Shown here: positions 1 through 10,479 of the stretch, piece after piece | How positions within the stretch are numbered: position 1 is the first letter of the stretch | Layout: every line of letters starts with the position of its first letter | Translations under genes and position numbers: made by a program | Assembly (NCBI GenBank): GCA_048571215.1 | Contig: CP182352.1 | Location: 2,176,001-2,240,000, forward strand | Reading direction: 5' to 3' | Origin: Halarcobacter sp. | Lineage (GTDB): Bacteria; Campylobacterota; Campylobacteria; Campylobacterales; Arcobacteraceae | Length of the DNA: 64,000 nt | Notes under the pieces: model-generated | Seen by the model: only the letters and a program-made list of their open reading frames with translations | What the model was told of the DNA's origin: nothing | Databases searched by the model: none

Positions 1-82
1 AGGTGTGGCTTTGCCATACTGATAAAAGAAATTATAAAAGAAAAAGTTCCCTTAAAAATGGGACATTTTTGAAGGAAATATT

Positions 83-826
83 ATGTTAAGTATAAATAAT
101 TTGAAAGTTAATATAAATGAAAAAGAGATTTTAAAAGGACTTAACCTTGATATAAATGAGGGAGAAGTTCATGTTATTATGGGACAAAATGGTTCAGGTA
201 AATCTACTTTAGTAAAAACTATATCTTCCCATTATGATTGTGATATCACTGAGGGAAAGATGATTTATAAAGATAAGGATTTATTAGAATTAGATGCAAG
301 TTCTAGAGCAAATGAGGGTATATTTTTGAGTTTTCAAAACCCTGTTGAAATACCAGGGGTAAATAATAGCTATTTTTTAAAAACAGCTATAAATGAAAAA
401 AAAGCATACCACAAGGAAGAGCAACTTGATTCTATGGAGTTTTTAAAACTAAGTAAACAAGAATTAGAAAAATATGGTATCGATAAAAAACTTCTTCAAA
501 GGGATTTAAATGATGGCTTTAGTGGTGGTGAGAAAAAAAGAAATGAACTTATTCAACTGCTACTTTTAAAACCTGATTTAATTATGCTTGATGAGATTGA
601 CTCAGGTTTGGATATTGATGCCATTAAAACAGTGGCAACGGTAATAAACGATTTATTAAAGGACAAAAAAAGATCCCTACTTATGATTACCCACTATGAT
701 AAATTGCTAAATCTTATAAAACCTGATTTTGTACATATCTTAGAAGATGGGAAAATTATCAAAAGTGGAGATGCCTCTTTAGCTAAACAAATAAATGAAA
801 AAGGTTTTAAAAATGAGACCAATTGA
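83..826 (+). CDS. sufC: Fe-S cluster assembly ATPase SufC
   Basis: Walker A GQNGSGKST, FSGGEKKRNE signature, LDEIDSGLD; suf context. Confidence 0.95.
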   Translation: MLSINNLKVNINEKEILKGLNLDINEGEVHVIMGQNGSGKSTLVKTISSHYDCDITEGKMIYKDKDLLELDASSRANEGIFLSFQNPVEIPGVNNSYFLKTAINEKKAYHKEEQLDSMEFLKLSKQELEKYGIDKKLLQRDLNDGFSGGEKKRNELIQLLLLKPDLIMLDEIDSGLDIDAIKTVATVINDLLKDKKRSLLMITHYDKLLNLIKPDFVHILEDGKIIKSGDASLAKQINEKGFKNETN

Positions 827-1838
827 TTTAAAAAATATAAACTTTCCAACAAAAAAAGATGAAGAGTTTAGAAAAATAGATTTATCGAAACTTTTAAATG
901 ATGAGTATGATAAAACAAAAGATTATGCTCTTGATTTAACTTTAGTTGATAAAAAACTAAAAGGTTTAGGTGAGTTTTCAAAGATAAATGAAACACTTGA
1001 ATCTAAAACCTATCAACTAAAGATTAGCAAAGATACAAAAGAACCTATAGTTTTAGTTCATAAACTAGATGAAGATAAAACTATATATACTAACTCTTTA
1101 GAGATAATTGTAGAAGAAGGTGTAAATGCTGATGTTATAGAGATTTTTCTATCAAAATGCCAAGAATCATTTTATAGTATAAATAGAAGTTTGCAAGTAA
1201 AACAAGCTGGAAATTTAAACTATATAAAATATCAAGATATACAACAATCAAATAAAATCATATACAACTGTGATACAAATTTAAAAAAAGAAGCAAGTTT
1301 GTATAAAACAAACTTTGAAATAGGAGATGGAATAAATCTAAACCTATATAATACAAACCTAAATGAAGAGGATTCAAAATATAATCTTTTTGGTCTAGTT
1401 AGATTAAAAAATAGTGCAAATAGTTCAAGCATATTTAATACTTTGCATAACACAAAAAATGCCCTTAGTAATATTAAATATAAACACTCTTTGCATGATA
1501 AGAGTAAAGCTGTATATGAAGCTAAATCAATAGTAAATCAAAAAGCTTTAAACTCTAAGGTATTTCAAGCTTCAAATACTATTTTATTGAGTAATGATGC
1601 CACAATCTTTGCTAAACCTCATCTTGAAATCTCAATAGATGAGCTTGAAGCTAGCCATGCAGCTACAACAGGAGGTTTAGATAAAGACCAACTACACTAT
1701 TTACAAACAAGGGGAATACCAAAAGATATGGCTTTTGGGATGTTATTAAAAGCTTTTGAGAATGAAATATTTGATACTATTGTAAACGAAAAAGCAAAAG
1801 AGCTTATACTAGGTTTTAAAAGGAGCGATTATGTTTAA
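813..1838 (+). CDS. sufD: SufD-family Fe-S assembly protein
   Basis: C-terminal KPHLEI..DELEASHAAT..LDKDQLHYLQTRGIP; start moved to MRPI at 813. Confidence 0.9.
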   Translation: MRPIDLKNINFPTKKDEEFRKIDLSKLLNDEYDKTKDYALDLTLVDKKLKGLGEFSKINETLESKTYQLKISKDTKEPIVLVHKLDEDKTIYTNSLEIIVEEGVNADVIEIFLSKCQESFYSINRSLQVKQAGNLNYIKYQDIQQSNKIIYNCDTNLKKEASLYKTNFEIGDGINLNLYNTNLNEEDSKYNLFGLVRLKNSANSSSIFNTLHNTKNALSNIKYKHSLHDKSKAVYEAKSIVNQKALNSKVFQASNTILLSNDATIFAKPHLEISIDELEASHAATTGGLDKDQLHYLQTRGIPKDMAFGMLLKAFENEIFDTIVNEKAKELILGFKRSDYV

Positions 1839-3012
1839 AAAAGATTTTCCATATTTTAAAAATAGTAAAACCATATATTTAGACAATGCAGCTACAACAC
1901 AAAAACCTCAAAGTGTTATTGATTCACAATTAGAATATTATACATTTTATTGTGCAAATACCCATAGAAGTAGTTTTGGTGATGCAAACAAAGCTACAAT
2001 GGCTTATGAAAATGCTAGAAAAACACTAAAAAATTTTATAAATGCAGCAAAAGATGAAGAGATTATTTTCACAAAAGGTGTTACAGAGTCTATAAACTTT
2101 ATCGCTTCAAGTTTTGCAAAAGATTACAAAACAGTAATCATCTCTTCTTTAGAGCATCACTCAAATATTGTTCCATGGCATATGCAAGGAAGAGTATTAC
2201 ATAAAGGTTTGGAAGTAGTAAGTTGTAATGAAAATTTAGATTTTGATTTCAATCACTTCACCCAACTTTTGAAAAAATATCCAAACTCTTTTGTAAGTAT
2301 TACTCACATCTCAAATGCCTTTGGAAAAATCCATGATATAGAAGCTATTATCAATCTAGCTCATAAATACAATAGTGTTGTGATGATTGATGCTGCTCAA
2401 AGTTTAGCACATATGAGTGTTGATGTACAACAATTAGATGTGGACTTTTGTGCAATATCGGGGCATAAAACCTTTGGACCAACAGGAGTTGGCGCTATTT
2501 ATGTAAAAGATAAATTTTTAAAAGATTTGAAACCATATCAAACAGGTGGTGCTACCATACATGAAGTTGATTTTGAGGGTTCTAGCTTACTTGACTCTCC
2601 CTATAAGTTTGAAGCTGGAACTCAAAATATTGCAGGAGTTATTGGTTTTGCAAAAGCTTTAGAGTATATTTCATCTATAGGGTATGAAAATATAGAAGCA
2701 GTGGAAAAAGATGTTTACAATTATTTAGATGAAGAGTTAAGTAAACTTCCTAATATTGTTTTTTATAATGATATTGAAAATTGTATTGGGAGTAGAAGTT
2801 TTAATTTTAAAGGTATAAGTCATGATGATATAGGTATCTTAGTTGATAAGATGAATATAGCTTTAAGGGTAGGACATCATTGTGCCCAACCTATTATGAA
2901 AATGCTGGAAATTAAAGGAACAATAAGAGTTTCAATAGCTTTTTACAATGATTATAATGATGTAAATGAATTAATAAAAGCATTAAAAAAAGCTTTAAAT
3001 ATGTTAAGTTAA
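1831..3012 (+). CDS. sufS: Cysteine desulfurase SufS
   Basis: YLDNAATTQKP, SGHK PLP lysine, RVGHHCAQP. Confidence 0.95.
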   Translation: MFKKDFPYFKNSKTIYLDNAATTQKPQSVIDSQLEYYTFYCANTHRSSFGDANKATMAYENARKTLKNFINAAKDEEIIFTKGVTESINFIASSFAKDYKTVIISSLEHHSNIVPWHMQGRVLHKGLEVVSCNENLDFDFNHFTQLLKKYPNSFVSITHISNAFGKIHDIEAIINLAHKYNSVVMIDAAQSLAHMSVDVQQLDVDFCAISGHKTFGPTGVGAIYVKDKFLKDLKPYQTGGATIHEVDFEGSSLLDSPYKFEAGTQNIAGVIGFAKALEYISSIGYENIEAVEKDVYNYLDEELSKLPNIVFYNDIENCIGSRSFNFKGISHDDIGILVDKMNIALRVGHHCAQPIMKMLEIKGTIRVSIAFYNDYNDVNELIKALKKALNMLS

Positions 3013-3021
3013 GGGTTAGAT

Positions 3022-3429
3022 TTGAGTATAAAACAAAGAGTTGAAAAAATAAAAGAGGATTTAGACTTTTTTGAAGATGAGTTACAAAAATATGAGTTTA
3101 TTATTGATTTGGGTAAAAAGTTGGAACCCTTTGATGAAAAAGATAAAATCCCAGAAAATATTGTGCATGGATGTACCTCGCAAGTTTGGTTAACTTGTGA
3201 AAAAAAAGATGATAAACTTTTTTTCTATGGTACTTCTGATACAGTAATAGTTAGAGGTTTAGTTTATATTATTTTAAATATTTTTTCCGATTCAACTATA
3301 AAAGAATTAAAAGAAGTTGATATGGATATAGTATATGAACTAGGTCTTAGTGAAGTTATAACTCCTAATAGACAAAGTGGAGTTATAGGAATGATGAAAA
3401 AAATAAAAGAGTATGCACATAAAGCCTAA
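3022..3429 (+). CDS. sufE: SufE sulfur acceptor
   Basis: VHGCTSQVWL motif; TTG start. Confidence 0.92.
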   Translation: MSIKQRVEKIKEDLDFFEDELQKYEFIIDLGKKLEPFDEKDKIPENIVHGCTSQVWLTCEKKDDKLFFYGTSDTVIVRGLVYIILNIFSDSTIKELKEVDMDIVYELGLSEVITPNRQSGVIGMMKKIKEYAHKA

Positions 3430-3441
3430 GAAGGAGATATT

Positions 3442-3783
3442 ATGTTAAATATTGATGAAGACAGCCTAAAAGAAAAAGTAATACACAATCTAAAACATGT
3501 TTTTGACCCAGAAATTCCAGTAAATATTTATGATTTGGGACTTATTTATAAAATCGAATTTGAAGTAAAAGAGAACTATATTTATTGTTATATTGATATG
3601 ACCCTAACCTCACCTGCTTGTCCTGTGGCAGAAAGTTTACTAGATCAAGTTAAATATGTCTCATTAAGTGTAGATGAGATAGATGAAGCACAAGTTAACT
3701 TAGTATTTGATCCAGTCTGGACTCCTGAAATGATGAGTGAAGAAGCAAGAGAAGTTATGGGATCATCAGGTGCAATCATCTAA
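3442..3783 (+). CDS. DUF59/SufT-like Fe-S assembly protein
   Basis: DPEIPVNIYDLGLIY, MTLTSPACP. Confidence 0.9.
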   Translation: MLNIDEDSLKEKVIHNLKHVFDPEIPVNIYDLGLIYKIEFEVKENYIYCYIDMTLTSPACPVAESLLDQVKYVSLSVDEIDEAQVNLVFDPVWTPEMMSEEAREVMGSSGAII

Positions 3784-3784
3784 G

Positions 3785-4459
3785 ATGTCTAAAAATAAGA
3801 ATATCAAAATTTTATATGTGGAAGATGATGAAATCACAAGAGAAAATGCGGTTGAATACTTAGAAAACTATTTTGAAAATATTTATGAGGCAGATAATGC
3901 AATAGATGCCCTTAAACTTTATAACCAAATTGACCCACATATAATAATCACTGATATTCAAATGCCTAAAATAAATGGTTTGGAGTTTATAAGAAAAATT
4001 AGACAAAAAAATAAAAGCACTCAAGTTATTGTTTTGAGTGCTTACTCAAACAAAGAATATCTTTTTGAAGCTATTGAATTACAATTGATAAAGTACCTAA
4101 CAAAACCTATAAAAGAGTTTGAACTAAAAAATGCATTAGATACTTGTGTAGCAAATTTAGAAAATGATAATACAAATATTATAAAACTAAAAGAGAACTG
4201 CTATTATGATATTTATAATAATACTCTAAAATTAGATGGAGAACTAGTAGCCTTAAGAGCAAAAGAGATTGATTTGCTAAACTTACTTCTAAAAAATCAA
4301 AATAGGTATGTAAGTTATGAAGAGATTGAAAACTATGTTTGGAAAGAAGCTGTGATGACTAAAGATGCTTTAAAAACTTTGATAAAAAATATAAAACAAA
4401 AAATTCCAAAAGAGATTATCTCAAATCTTACTGGGCATGGGTATAAGATTGAATTATGA
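3785..4459 (+). CDS. OmpR-family response regulator
   Basis: Receiver motifs VEDD, TDIQMP, KP plus winged-helix C-terminus; start moved to MSKNK. Confidence 0.9.
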   Translation: MSKNKNIKILYVEDDEITRENAVEYLENYFENIYEADNAIDALKLYNQIDPHIIITDIQMPKINGLEFIRKIRQKNKSTQVIVLSAYSNKEYLFEAIELQLIKYLTKPIKEFELKNALDTCVANLENDNTNIIKLKENCYYDIYNNTLKLDGELVALRAKEIDLLNLLLKNQNRYVSYEEIENYVWKEAVMTKDALKTLIKNIKQKIPKEIISNLTGHGYKIEL

Positions 4460-5771
4460 TTTATATATGATACTAACCTATGGTATCATCTTTGGCATAC
4501 TTATTATGACTATTATTTATACTCTTATTAGATATATCTATTCAAAAGAGTTAATGTATATTGCTTATTGTTTTATGCAGTTTTTTTCTTTGATTTTTAT
4601 CTACTCTTATAGTAAACTATTTGAAACAAGTAAACTTATTGAAGATCTTTCACTATTATTTGCAACCCTTAGTGCCCTTGTTTTTGCCATATCATTTTAT
4701 GAGGGTAGATTTTTCCCTATAATAAAAAACAACAAAGAGTTATTTATAAATACTATACTTTTAAATATAGTTATCTTAACCTCTTTTTATCATTATATGC
4801 TTTTTGAGTATATACCTTATACTATCATATATGCAATACTTTTTATCTCTGTTATATTTAATATAAAGCAAGGATATAAACCCACTTTGATATATGTAAT
4901 TGGCTGGTCTATATTTTGTCTTTTGTTATTTATATTTGATTTTAAAACATATTACCAAAGTATGGGGCATATAGACATCGTTCTTTTAGCTTTTGCAATT
5001 GAGGCTGTTTTATTTACCCTATCTGTTTCATATAAATATGCAGAGCAAAAAAAACATAATATCAAAATAGAAAATATGCTTTTACACCAATCAAAACTTG
5101 CAAAAACTGGAGAACTAATAGCAAATATCACCCACCAATTTAGACAACCTTTAAACAATATCTCATATATTTTAATAAATATAAAAAAGCGTTTTGAAAA
5201 CGAAAAACTTGACAAAAAATACTTAGAAAGAAAAATCAATCAAGCAAATGAACAACTAAACTTTTTATCAAATACAGTTGAAAACTTCAAAGAGTTTTAT
5301 GCCCCTTCAAAACAAAAAGAGAATTTTTCTATAAATGAGTGTATAAAAAACACCCTGTCAATTCTTAGTTCAGATTTGAAAAAACAAGGAACCTTAGTAA
5401 ATACAAAATTTAATACCCACGAAGATATAAAAGTATATGGGGTCAAAAATGAACTTTCGCAAGTTTTATTAGCTTTGATATCAAATGCAAATGAAGCACT
5501 AAAAGATACTTTTCAGCCATATATAAACATAAGTGTTGATTCAACTTCTGCTGAAGTTATAATAAATATAGAAGACAATGCAGGTGGTATAAATAAAAAA
5601 AATATGCAAAAGATTTTTGAACCATATTTTACAACTAAACAGATGGGTTCAGGTATTGGATTATATCTTGCAAAAACAATTATAGAGAATAGTTTTGCTG
5701 GCAAGATAGAGCATAAAAATACTAAAAAGGGAGCTTGTTTCTCCCTTTTTATAGAAAAAAGTTTTGATTAG
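4437..5771 (+). CDS. Multi-TM sensor histidine kinase
   Basis: H-box ITHQFRQPL, DNAGG, GSGIGL; hydrophobic N-half; start uncertain. Confidence 0.9.
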   Translation: MGIRLNYDLYMILTYGIIFGILIMTIIYTLIRYIYSKELMYIAYCFMQFFSLIFIYSYSKLFETSKLIEDLSLLFATLSALVFAISFYEGRFFPIIKNNKELFINTILLNIVILTSFYHYMLFEYIPYTIIYAILFISVIFNIKQGYKPTLIYVIGWSIFCLLLFIFDFKTYYQSMGHIDIVLLAFAIEAVLFTLSVSYKYAEQKKHNIKIENMLLHQSKLAKTGELIANITHQFRQPLNNISYILINIKKRFENEKLDKKYLERKINQANEQLNFLSNTVENFKEFYAPSKQKENFSINECIKNTLSILSSDLKKQGTLVNTKFNTHEDIKVYGVKNELSQVLLALISNANEALKDTFQPYINISVDSTSAEVIINIEDNAGGINKKNMQKIFEPYFTTKQMGSGIGLYLAKTIIENSFAGKIEHKNTKKGACFSLFIEKSFD

Positions 5772-7102
5772 ATTTCGTTTTTATTATAGATAAAAGCTAA
5801 CTCTTTTATCATACTAACACGCATATCCTCTTTTGCATACACTTGTACTTTTATTTTTTTAATAGAGTCTTTATTTAAAGTTTTTAATTTATTTTTAGAA
5901 ATACCAACAATAAGAACAGATTTTTCTCTTTTTTGAGACTCTAATTTTAGGGGTCTAAATCTTTTTAGATAAAAACCTTCACTTAATACTTTTAATTCAT
6001 AAGTATATTTCTCTTTACTTTTATTTTGTATGGTAAGCAGATAATTATTTAAAGTATTTCCTTTGCTATCTACTTTATAAAGGTTTGTTGTTCTATTTAC
6101 ATTTAATAAAAAAGGCTCTTTTTCAGTGATATAATAGGTTGTAAATAGGAAACAAACTATTAGTGATGCCATATAAAATAGATTTCTTTTTGATAACAAT
6201 TTTGAGATTCTATTTTTTAGAACACTATTTGTACTTCCCCAATATATTAAAGATTTTTTTCCAAGTTTTCCCATAACAGTTGCACAAGCATCAGAACACT
6301 CTAAACAGTTTATACATTCAACTTGTAAACCTTTTCTAATATCAATATGGGTTGGACAAATCTTTACACAAGCTTCACAGGTGGTACACTCTTCATTGGC
6401 ACTAAACTGCTTTATATCAAAAATAGATTTTTCACCATTTTGATAAATATTACCACCTCTATTTGTATTATAAACTACTTGTTTTGTGTCATCATCATAA
6501 AGTGCTGATTGGATTCTAGAATATGGACAAACATAGGTACAAAAATTTTCTTTCATAAAAACTATATCATATATTAAAAAAACTGCAATACTTATAACAA
6601 ACATAATTAAAACTGGATGTTCTTTTGGTTCTTGAATATATTTGAAAAAATCTTCAGGTGGAACAAAATACCACATAAAATTTGTTGCAATTATCAAAGA
6701 TAATATACCCCATAAAATAAGTGAAATATATTTTCTTATTTTATTGCTGTTTTTATTATAATCTATATCTTTTTGTTTATTTTTAATTCTTCTAAGTTTT
6801 AAAACAAAAGTTTCTATTAAATCCCTATAAATTACTCTAAATATTGTTTGAGGACATGCCCAACCACACCAAACCCTACCAAATATTGCAGTCATTGCAA
6901 AAATACCAATAAATAAAATCATAAGTAAAAATGGCATAATAAATAGCTCATTCATACTATATGATACCCCTAAAAAGTGAAACTCAAATTTATCAAACGA
7001 TAAAAGTAATAGGTGATTCCCATTTATAGTAATAAACGGTACAACAAGTGTAAATATCGTAAAAACTGCATAAGTTAGATATCTTTGTTTTGCATAATTC
7101 AT
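5768..7102 (-). CDS. ccoG: Cytochrome c oxidase accessory ferredoxin CcoG/FixG
   Basis: GRVWCGWACPQT, FCTYVCPY, CTTCEACVKICP; start moved to MNYAK. Confidence 0.92.
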   Translation of the reverse strand: MNYAKQRYLTYAVFTIFTLVVPFITINGNHLLLLSFDKFEFHFLGVSYSMNELFIMPFLLMILFIGIFAMTAIFGRVWCGWACPQTIFRVIYRDLIETFVLKLRRIKNKQKDIDYNKNSNKIRKYISLILWGILSLIIATNFMWYFVPPEDFFKYIQEPKEHPVLIMFVISIAVFLIYDIVFMKENFCTYVCPYSRIQSALYDDDTKQVVYNTNRGGNIYQNGEKSIFDIKQFSANEECTTCEACVKICPTHIDIRKGLQVECINCLECSDACATVMGKLGKKSLIYWGSTNSVLKNRISKLLSKRNLFYMASLIVCFLFTTYYITEKEPFLLNVNRTTNLYKVDSKGNTLNNYLLTIQNKSKEKYTYELKVLSEGFYLKRFRPLKLESQKREKSVLIVGISKNKLKTLNKDSIKKIKVQVYAKEDMRVSMIKELAFIYNKNEI

Positions 7103-7196
7103 AAAATTTCCTTTTTTTATTTTTTGTAGTTTATTTTCTTTTGGTGTCCCTTTGGTGGTATGCAAAAAAAAATCTAAATTTAGATATAATTTAAAA

Positions 7197-8342
7197 ATGA
7201 AAAAAAGTGAATTACTTATAATTATCTATACAATTACTGTACTTTTATCAGTGATGTATGCAACCCAACCTTTACAACCACTTTTAGCAAATGAGTTTGA
7301 AATATCTATAGTCAAAGCCTCATCATTTACAGCGGTTATTATGTTATTTTTAGCAATCTCGCCAATAGTTTACGGATATATTTTAGAATCTGTAAAAGCT
7401 AAAACTGTATTAATTACAGCATCAATTTTATTGTTTTTTACAAACTTGGCATTAAGCTTTTCTAACTCATATGAGATGTTTTTAACTATTAGAACTATTG
7501 AAGCTATAATAATCCCTGCCATATTGACAGGATGTATGGCTGTTTTAGCCAATGATAAAGAAAAAACAAAAGTTAATATGTCTATATATGTAGCTTCTAC
7601 CGTATTTGGTGGTTTAGTAGGAAGGGTGTTTTCAGGTTTTATTGCTGAACATTTTGGCTGGAGAATGGTGTTTTTTTCACTTTCATTAGCTTTATTATTG
7701 GTTTTATTTTTTATACAAAAACTAAAACTAAAAGCAGAGGCAAATTTAGTAAAACCAACACTTAAGGATATAACAAATATTTTAAAAGACAAAAGGTTTA
7801 TTGTTATTTATACCCTTATGTTTACCATATTTTTCGTATTTGCAGGACTTTTAAATATCTTGCCATTTAGGGTAAAAGAGCTTATACCAGAAACTTCAGA
7901 AACCCAAATCGGACTACTTTATTTGGGTTATGGTATGGGGATTATTGTTTCTTTAACTATTCATAAAATTGTAAACTTTTTCAAAAAAGAGCTTAGAGCT
8001 ATAATATTTGGTATATCTATATTTATAGTTTCAACCATATGTTTTTTTAGCTTAAATGCCCTATTTTTATTTGCGTCAGTATTTATTTTTTGTGTTGGTA
8101 TGTTTATTATTCATACCCTATCAACCAGAATTGCAAACTCCCTAAGAGCTTCACAAAAAGCATTGACCTCGGGTATGTATTTGACTTTTTATTATATAGG
8201 TGGAACTGTGGGTTCTATACTACCATCTATAGTATATGAAAAATTTGGTTGGAACAGCACGATTTTAATGTTTAGTTTACTTTTAGTGTTTATTTTGATA
8301 TTTGTACATTTAAATAGAAAACTATTTAAAGCTTTTAATTAA
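7197..8342 (+). CDS. MFS transporter (YnfM-like)
   Basis: ~12 hydrophobic segments, YATQPLQPLL, GGLVGR. Confidence 0.85.
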   Translation: MKKSELLIIIYTITVLLSVMYATQPLQPLLANEFEISIVKASSFTAVIMLFLAISPIVYGYILESVKAKTVLITASILLFFTNLALSFSNSYEMFLTIRTIEAIIIPAILTGCMAVLANDKEKTKVNMSIYVASTVFGGLVGRVFSGFIAEHFGWRMVFFSLSLALLLVLFFIQKLKLKAEANLVKPTLKDITNILKDKRFIVIYTLMFTIFFVFAGLLNILPFRVKELIPETSETQIGLLYLGYGMGIIVSLTIHKIVNFFKKELRAIIFGISIFIVSTICFFSLNALFLFASVFIFCVGMFIIHTLSTRIANSLRASQKALTSGMYLTFYYIGGTVGSILPSIVYEKFGWNSTILMFSLLLVFILIFVHLNRKLFKAFN

Positions 8343-8362
8343 TAGTTCAAGATTTAAAATCA

Positions 8363-8683
8363 TTAATTAGACACTAGTTTTAAGCCTATAATTGAAGCAA
8401 TTAGTGTAAAAAGAAAAAATAATCTCAATAAAGTTGCCGGTTCATTAAAAAAAACAATTCCTATAATAATTGTTCCAAAAGCACCAATTCCTGTCCAAAC
8501 AGAATACGCTGTACCAACAGGTATTGTCTCAATAGCTTTAGTCAAACTATAAAAACTTAAAATGGCAAAAATAATAAAAACAACTGTAGGGATAAGTTTA
8601 GTAAAATTTTCAGTTAATTTAAGCATCAAGGCAAATCCAATCTCTAAGATACCTGCCAATAATAAATATATCCATGCTGACAC
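8363..8683 (-). CDS. sugE: SMR-family exporter, Gdx/SugE type
   Basis: 4 TM, membrane Glu in AGILEI, GTAYSVWTGIGA; follows guanidine operon. Confidence 0.8.
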   Translation of the reverse strand: MSAWIYLLLAGILEIGFALMLKLTENFTKLIPTVVFIIFAILSFYSLTKAIETIPVGTAYSVWTGIGAFGTIIIGIVFFNEPATLLRLFFLFTLIASIIGLKLVSN

Positions 8684-8750
8684 TACAACTCCTTTTATTT
8701 TTTGCCAATAAACTCTTCTAATCTAGTAATAATTAAAAAAAATGTTAATC

Positions 8751-9149
8751 TCATAAATTTTGTGAGATAAAGGTTCTCCAGCTTTTAAACCCACTAATCT
8801 CTTTTGTATCTTTTACAAAATCACTCTCACATAAAAACCCATAAACTACACTTTCATCTTCTAAATAAACACTACCAATTCCAAGAGGGGAAGCAATCTG
8901 TTTCATAAACTTCCCAAAGTTTTCTACTGGCATTGACCATACCTCCACATCTATTTGATATTTACTTAAACTATCATATATCATTCCAGGTCTTATGGGG
9001 TCTTTGTTTTCGAGTACAAATAATCTATAACCTACTTTTGTTTTTGTTTTTTTAACTAGAACCGCATCTAAATTAGTTAGTTGCCAATTAAGGGGCAAAC
9101 CACTCATATGAGCTCCACAAACACCTACTAATATTTCATTTTCATCCAT
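8751..9149 (-). CDS. Allophanate hydrolase C-terminal domain, stand-alone
   Basis: VCGAHMSGLPLNWQL motif. Confidence 0.85.
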   Translation of the reverse strand: MDENEILVGVCGAHMSGLPLNWQLTNLDAVLVKKTKTKVGYRLFVLENKDPIRPGMIYDSLSKYQIDVEVWSMPVENFGKFMKQIASPLGIGSVYLEDESVVYGFLCESDFVKDTKEISGFKSWRTFISQNL

Positions 9150-9150
9150 A

Positions 9151-10479
9151 TTAGGCCTTTAAATACTTACTTGAATAAGATAGCAGTTTCTCTTCTTCAA
9201 ACTTATCAGCAACAATTGTCACACCAAAAGGGAGTCCATTTTCTCTAAAACCAGCAGGTACAGCAATAGCTGATAGATCAAGAAGATTCATATAATTTGT
9301 ATAATATCCTAGATTTGTATTTAATTGTATTGGATCATTATTTACTTCATCAATCTTATAAATAGTTCCTGTAGTTGGAGTAAGCATAAACTCAAACTCA
9401 TTAAATATCTTATCTGCAATTTTTCTATTTTTCTTTAGAGTATATTCTGATTCAAAATAGTTCACAGCATCTATTTTATCTCCACCACTTATGATGGCTC
9501 TTACTGTTTTTTCTACAACTTCAGGTGTTTTTGTAATAACATCTTTTATAGCGATATATCTCTCAGTTACCCAAGGTCCACTATAAAGTAAATTTGCACT
9601 TTCATTAAATGGTTCATAATCAATCTCTACAGCTTTTCCACCAAGTGATTCAAACTTTTCAATTGCATCAAAAAATAGTTTTTGTGCTTGCTCATCTCCA
9701 AAAAATTTCAACTGCGACTTCCTAGGAGTTGCAAACAAAAACTCATCTTTTGCTTTTTTTGTTGTAGCTTTATATTTACGACTGTAGATATCCTCTTCAT
9801 CATATTTATTTACAACTTCAAAAACTGCTTCAATAGAGTCTAAACTTTTAGCAAACACAGTAACACAATCCAAACTTCTACAAGCAGGAACTACTCCACT
9901 AGTACTTACTACCCCTTTTGTTGCTTTTAATCCTATTAAATTATTAAAAGCAGCTGGAACTCTTCCAGAACCTGCGGTATCAGTTCCAAGTGAAAAAGAA
10001 ACCATATCAAGGGCAACACTTACTGCACTTCCTGAGCTTGAACCTCCTGAGATATATTCTGGGTCAATAGAGTTTTTACACTCCCCATAAGGGCTTCTAG
10101 TTCCTACTAATCCTGTAGCAAATTGATCTAAGTTTGTTTTTCCAATGGGAATGGCACCTGCTTCAATTAGTTTTTGAACCACAAAAGCAGATTTGCTTGG
10201 AGTATACTCATACTCTTTACACCCAGCAGTTGTAGGGATATTTGCTAAGTCTATATTATCTTTGATAGCAAAAGGGATTCCATATAGTGGTAAATCGTTT
10301 ATATTTTTAGACTCCAAATCTTTTATATATACCTCAAGCTCTTCATCACTTAAGGTATATATCCAGATATTTGAATCTTTATTTTCTTCAATACTTTTTT
10401 TGATATTTTCAATAACTTCTCTTATTGTTACCCTATTATCAAGATAGTTTTGTTTTAAGCTTTCAATATTTAAATTCAT
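9151..10479 (-). CDS. atzF: Allophanate hydrolase (amidase domain)
   Basis: KDNID, GGSSSGS, GTDTAGSGRVPA amidase signature. Confidence 0.92.
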   Translation of the reverse strand: MNLNIESLKQNYLDNRVTIREVIENIKKSIEENKDSNIWIYTLSDEELEVYIKDLESKNINDLPLYGIPFAIKDNIDLANIPTTAGCKEYEYTPSKSAFVVQKLIEAGAIPIGKTNLDQFATGLVGTRSPYGECKNSIDPEYISGGSSSGSAVSVALDMVSFSLGTDTAGSGRVPAAFNNLIGLKATKGVVSTSGVVPACRSLDCVTVFAKSLDSIEAVFEVVNKYDEEDIYSRKYKATTKKAKDEFLFATPRKSQLKFFGDEQAQKLFFDAIEKFESLGGKAVEIDYEPFNESANLLYSGPWVTERYIAIKDVITKTPEVVEKTVRAIISGGDKIDAVNYFESEYTLKKNRKIADKIFNEFEFMLTPTTGTIYKIDEVNNDPIQLNTNLGYYTNYMNLLDLSAIAVPAGFRENGLPFGVTIVADKFEEEKLLSYSSKYLKA

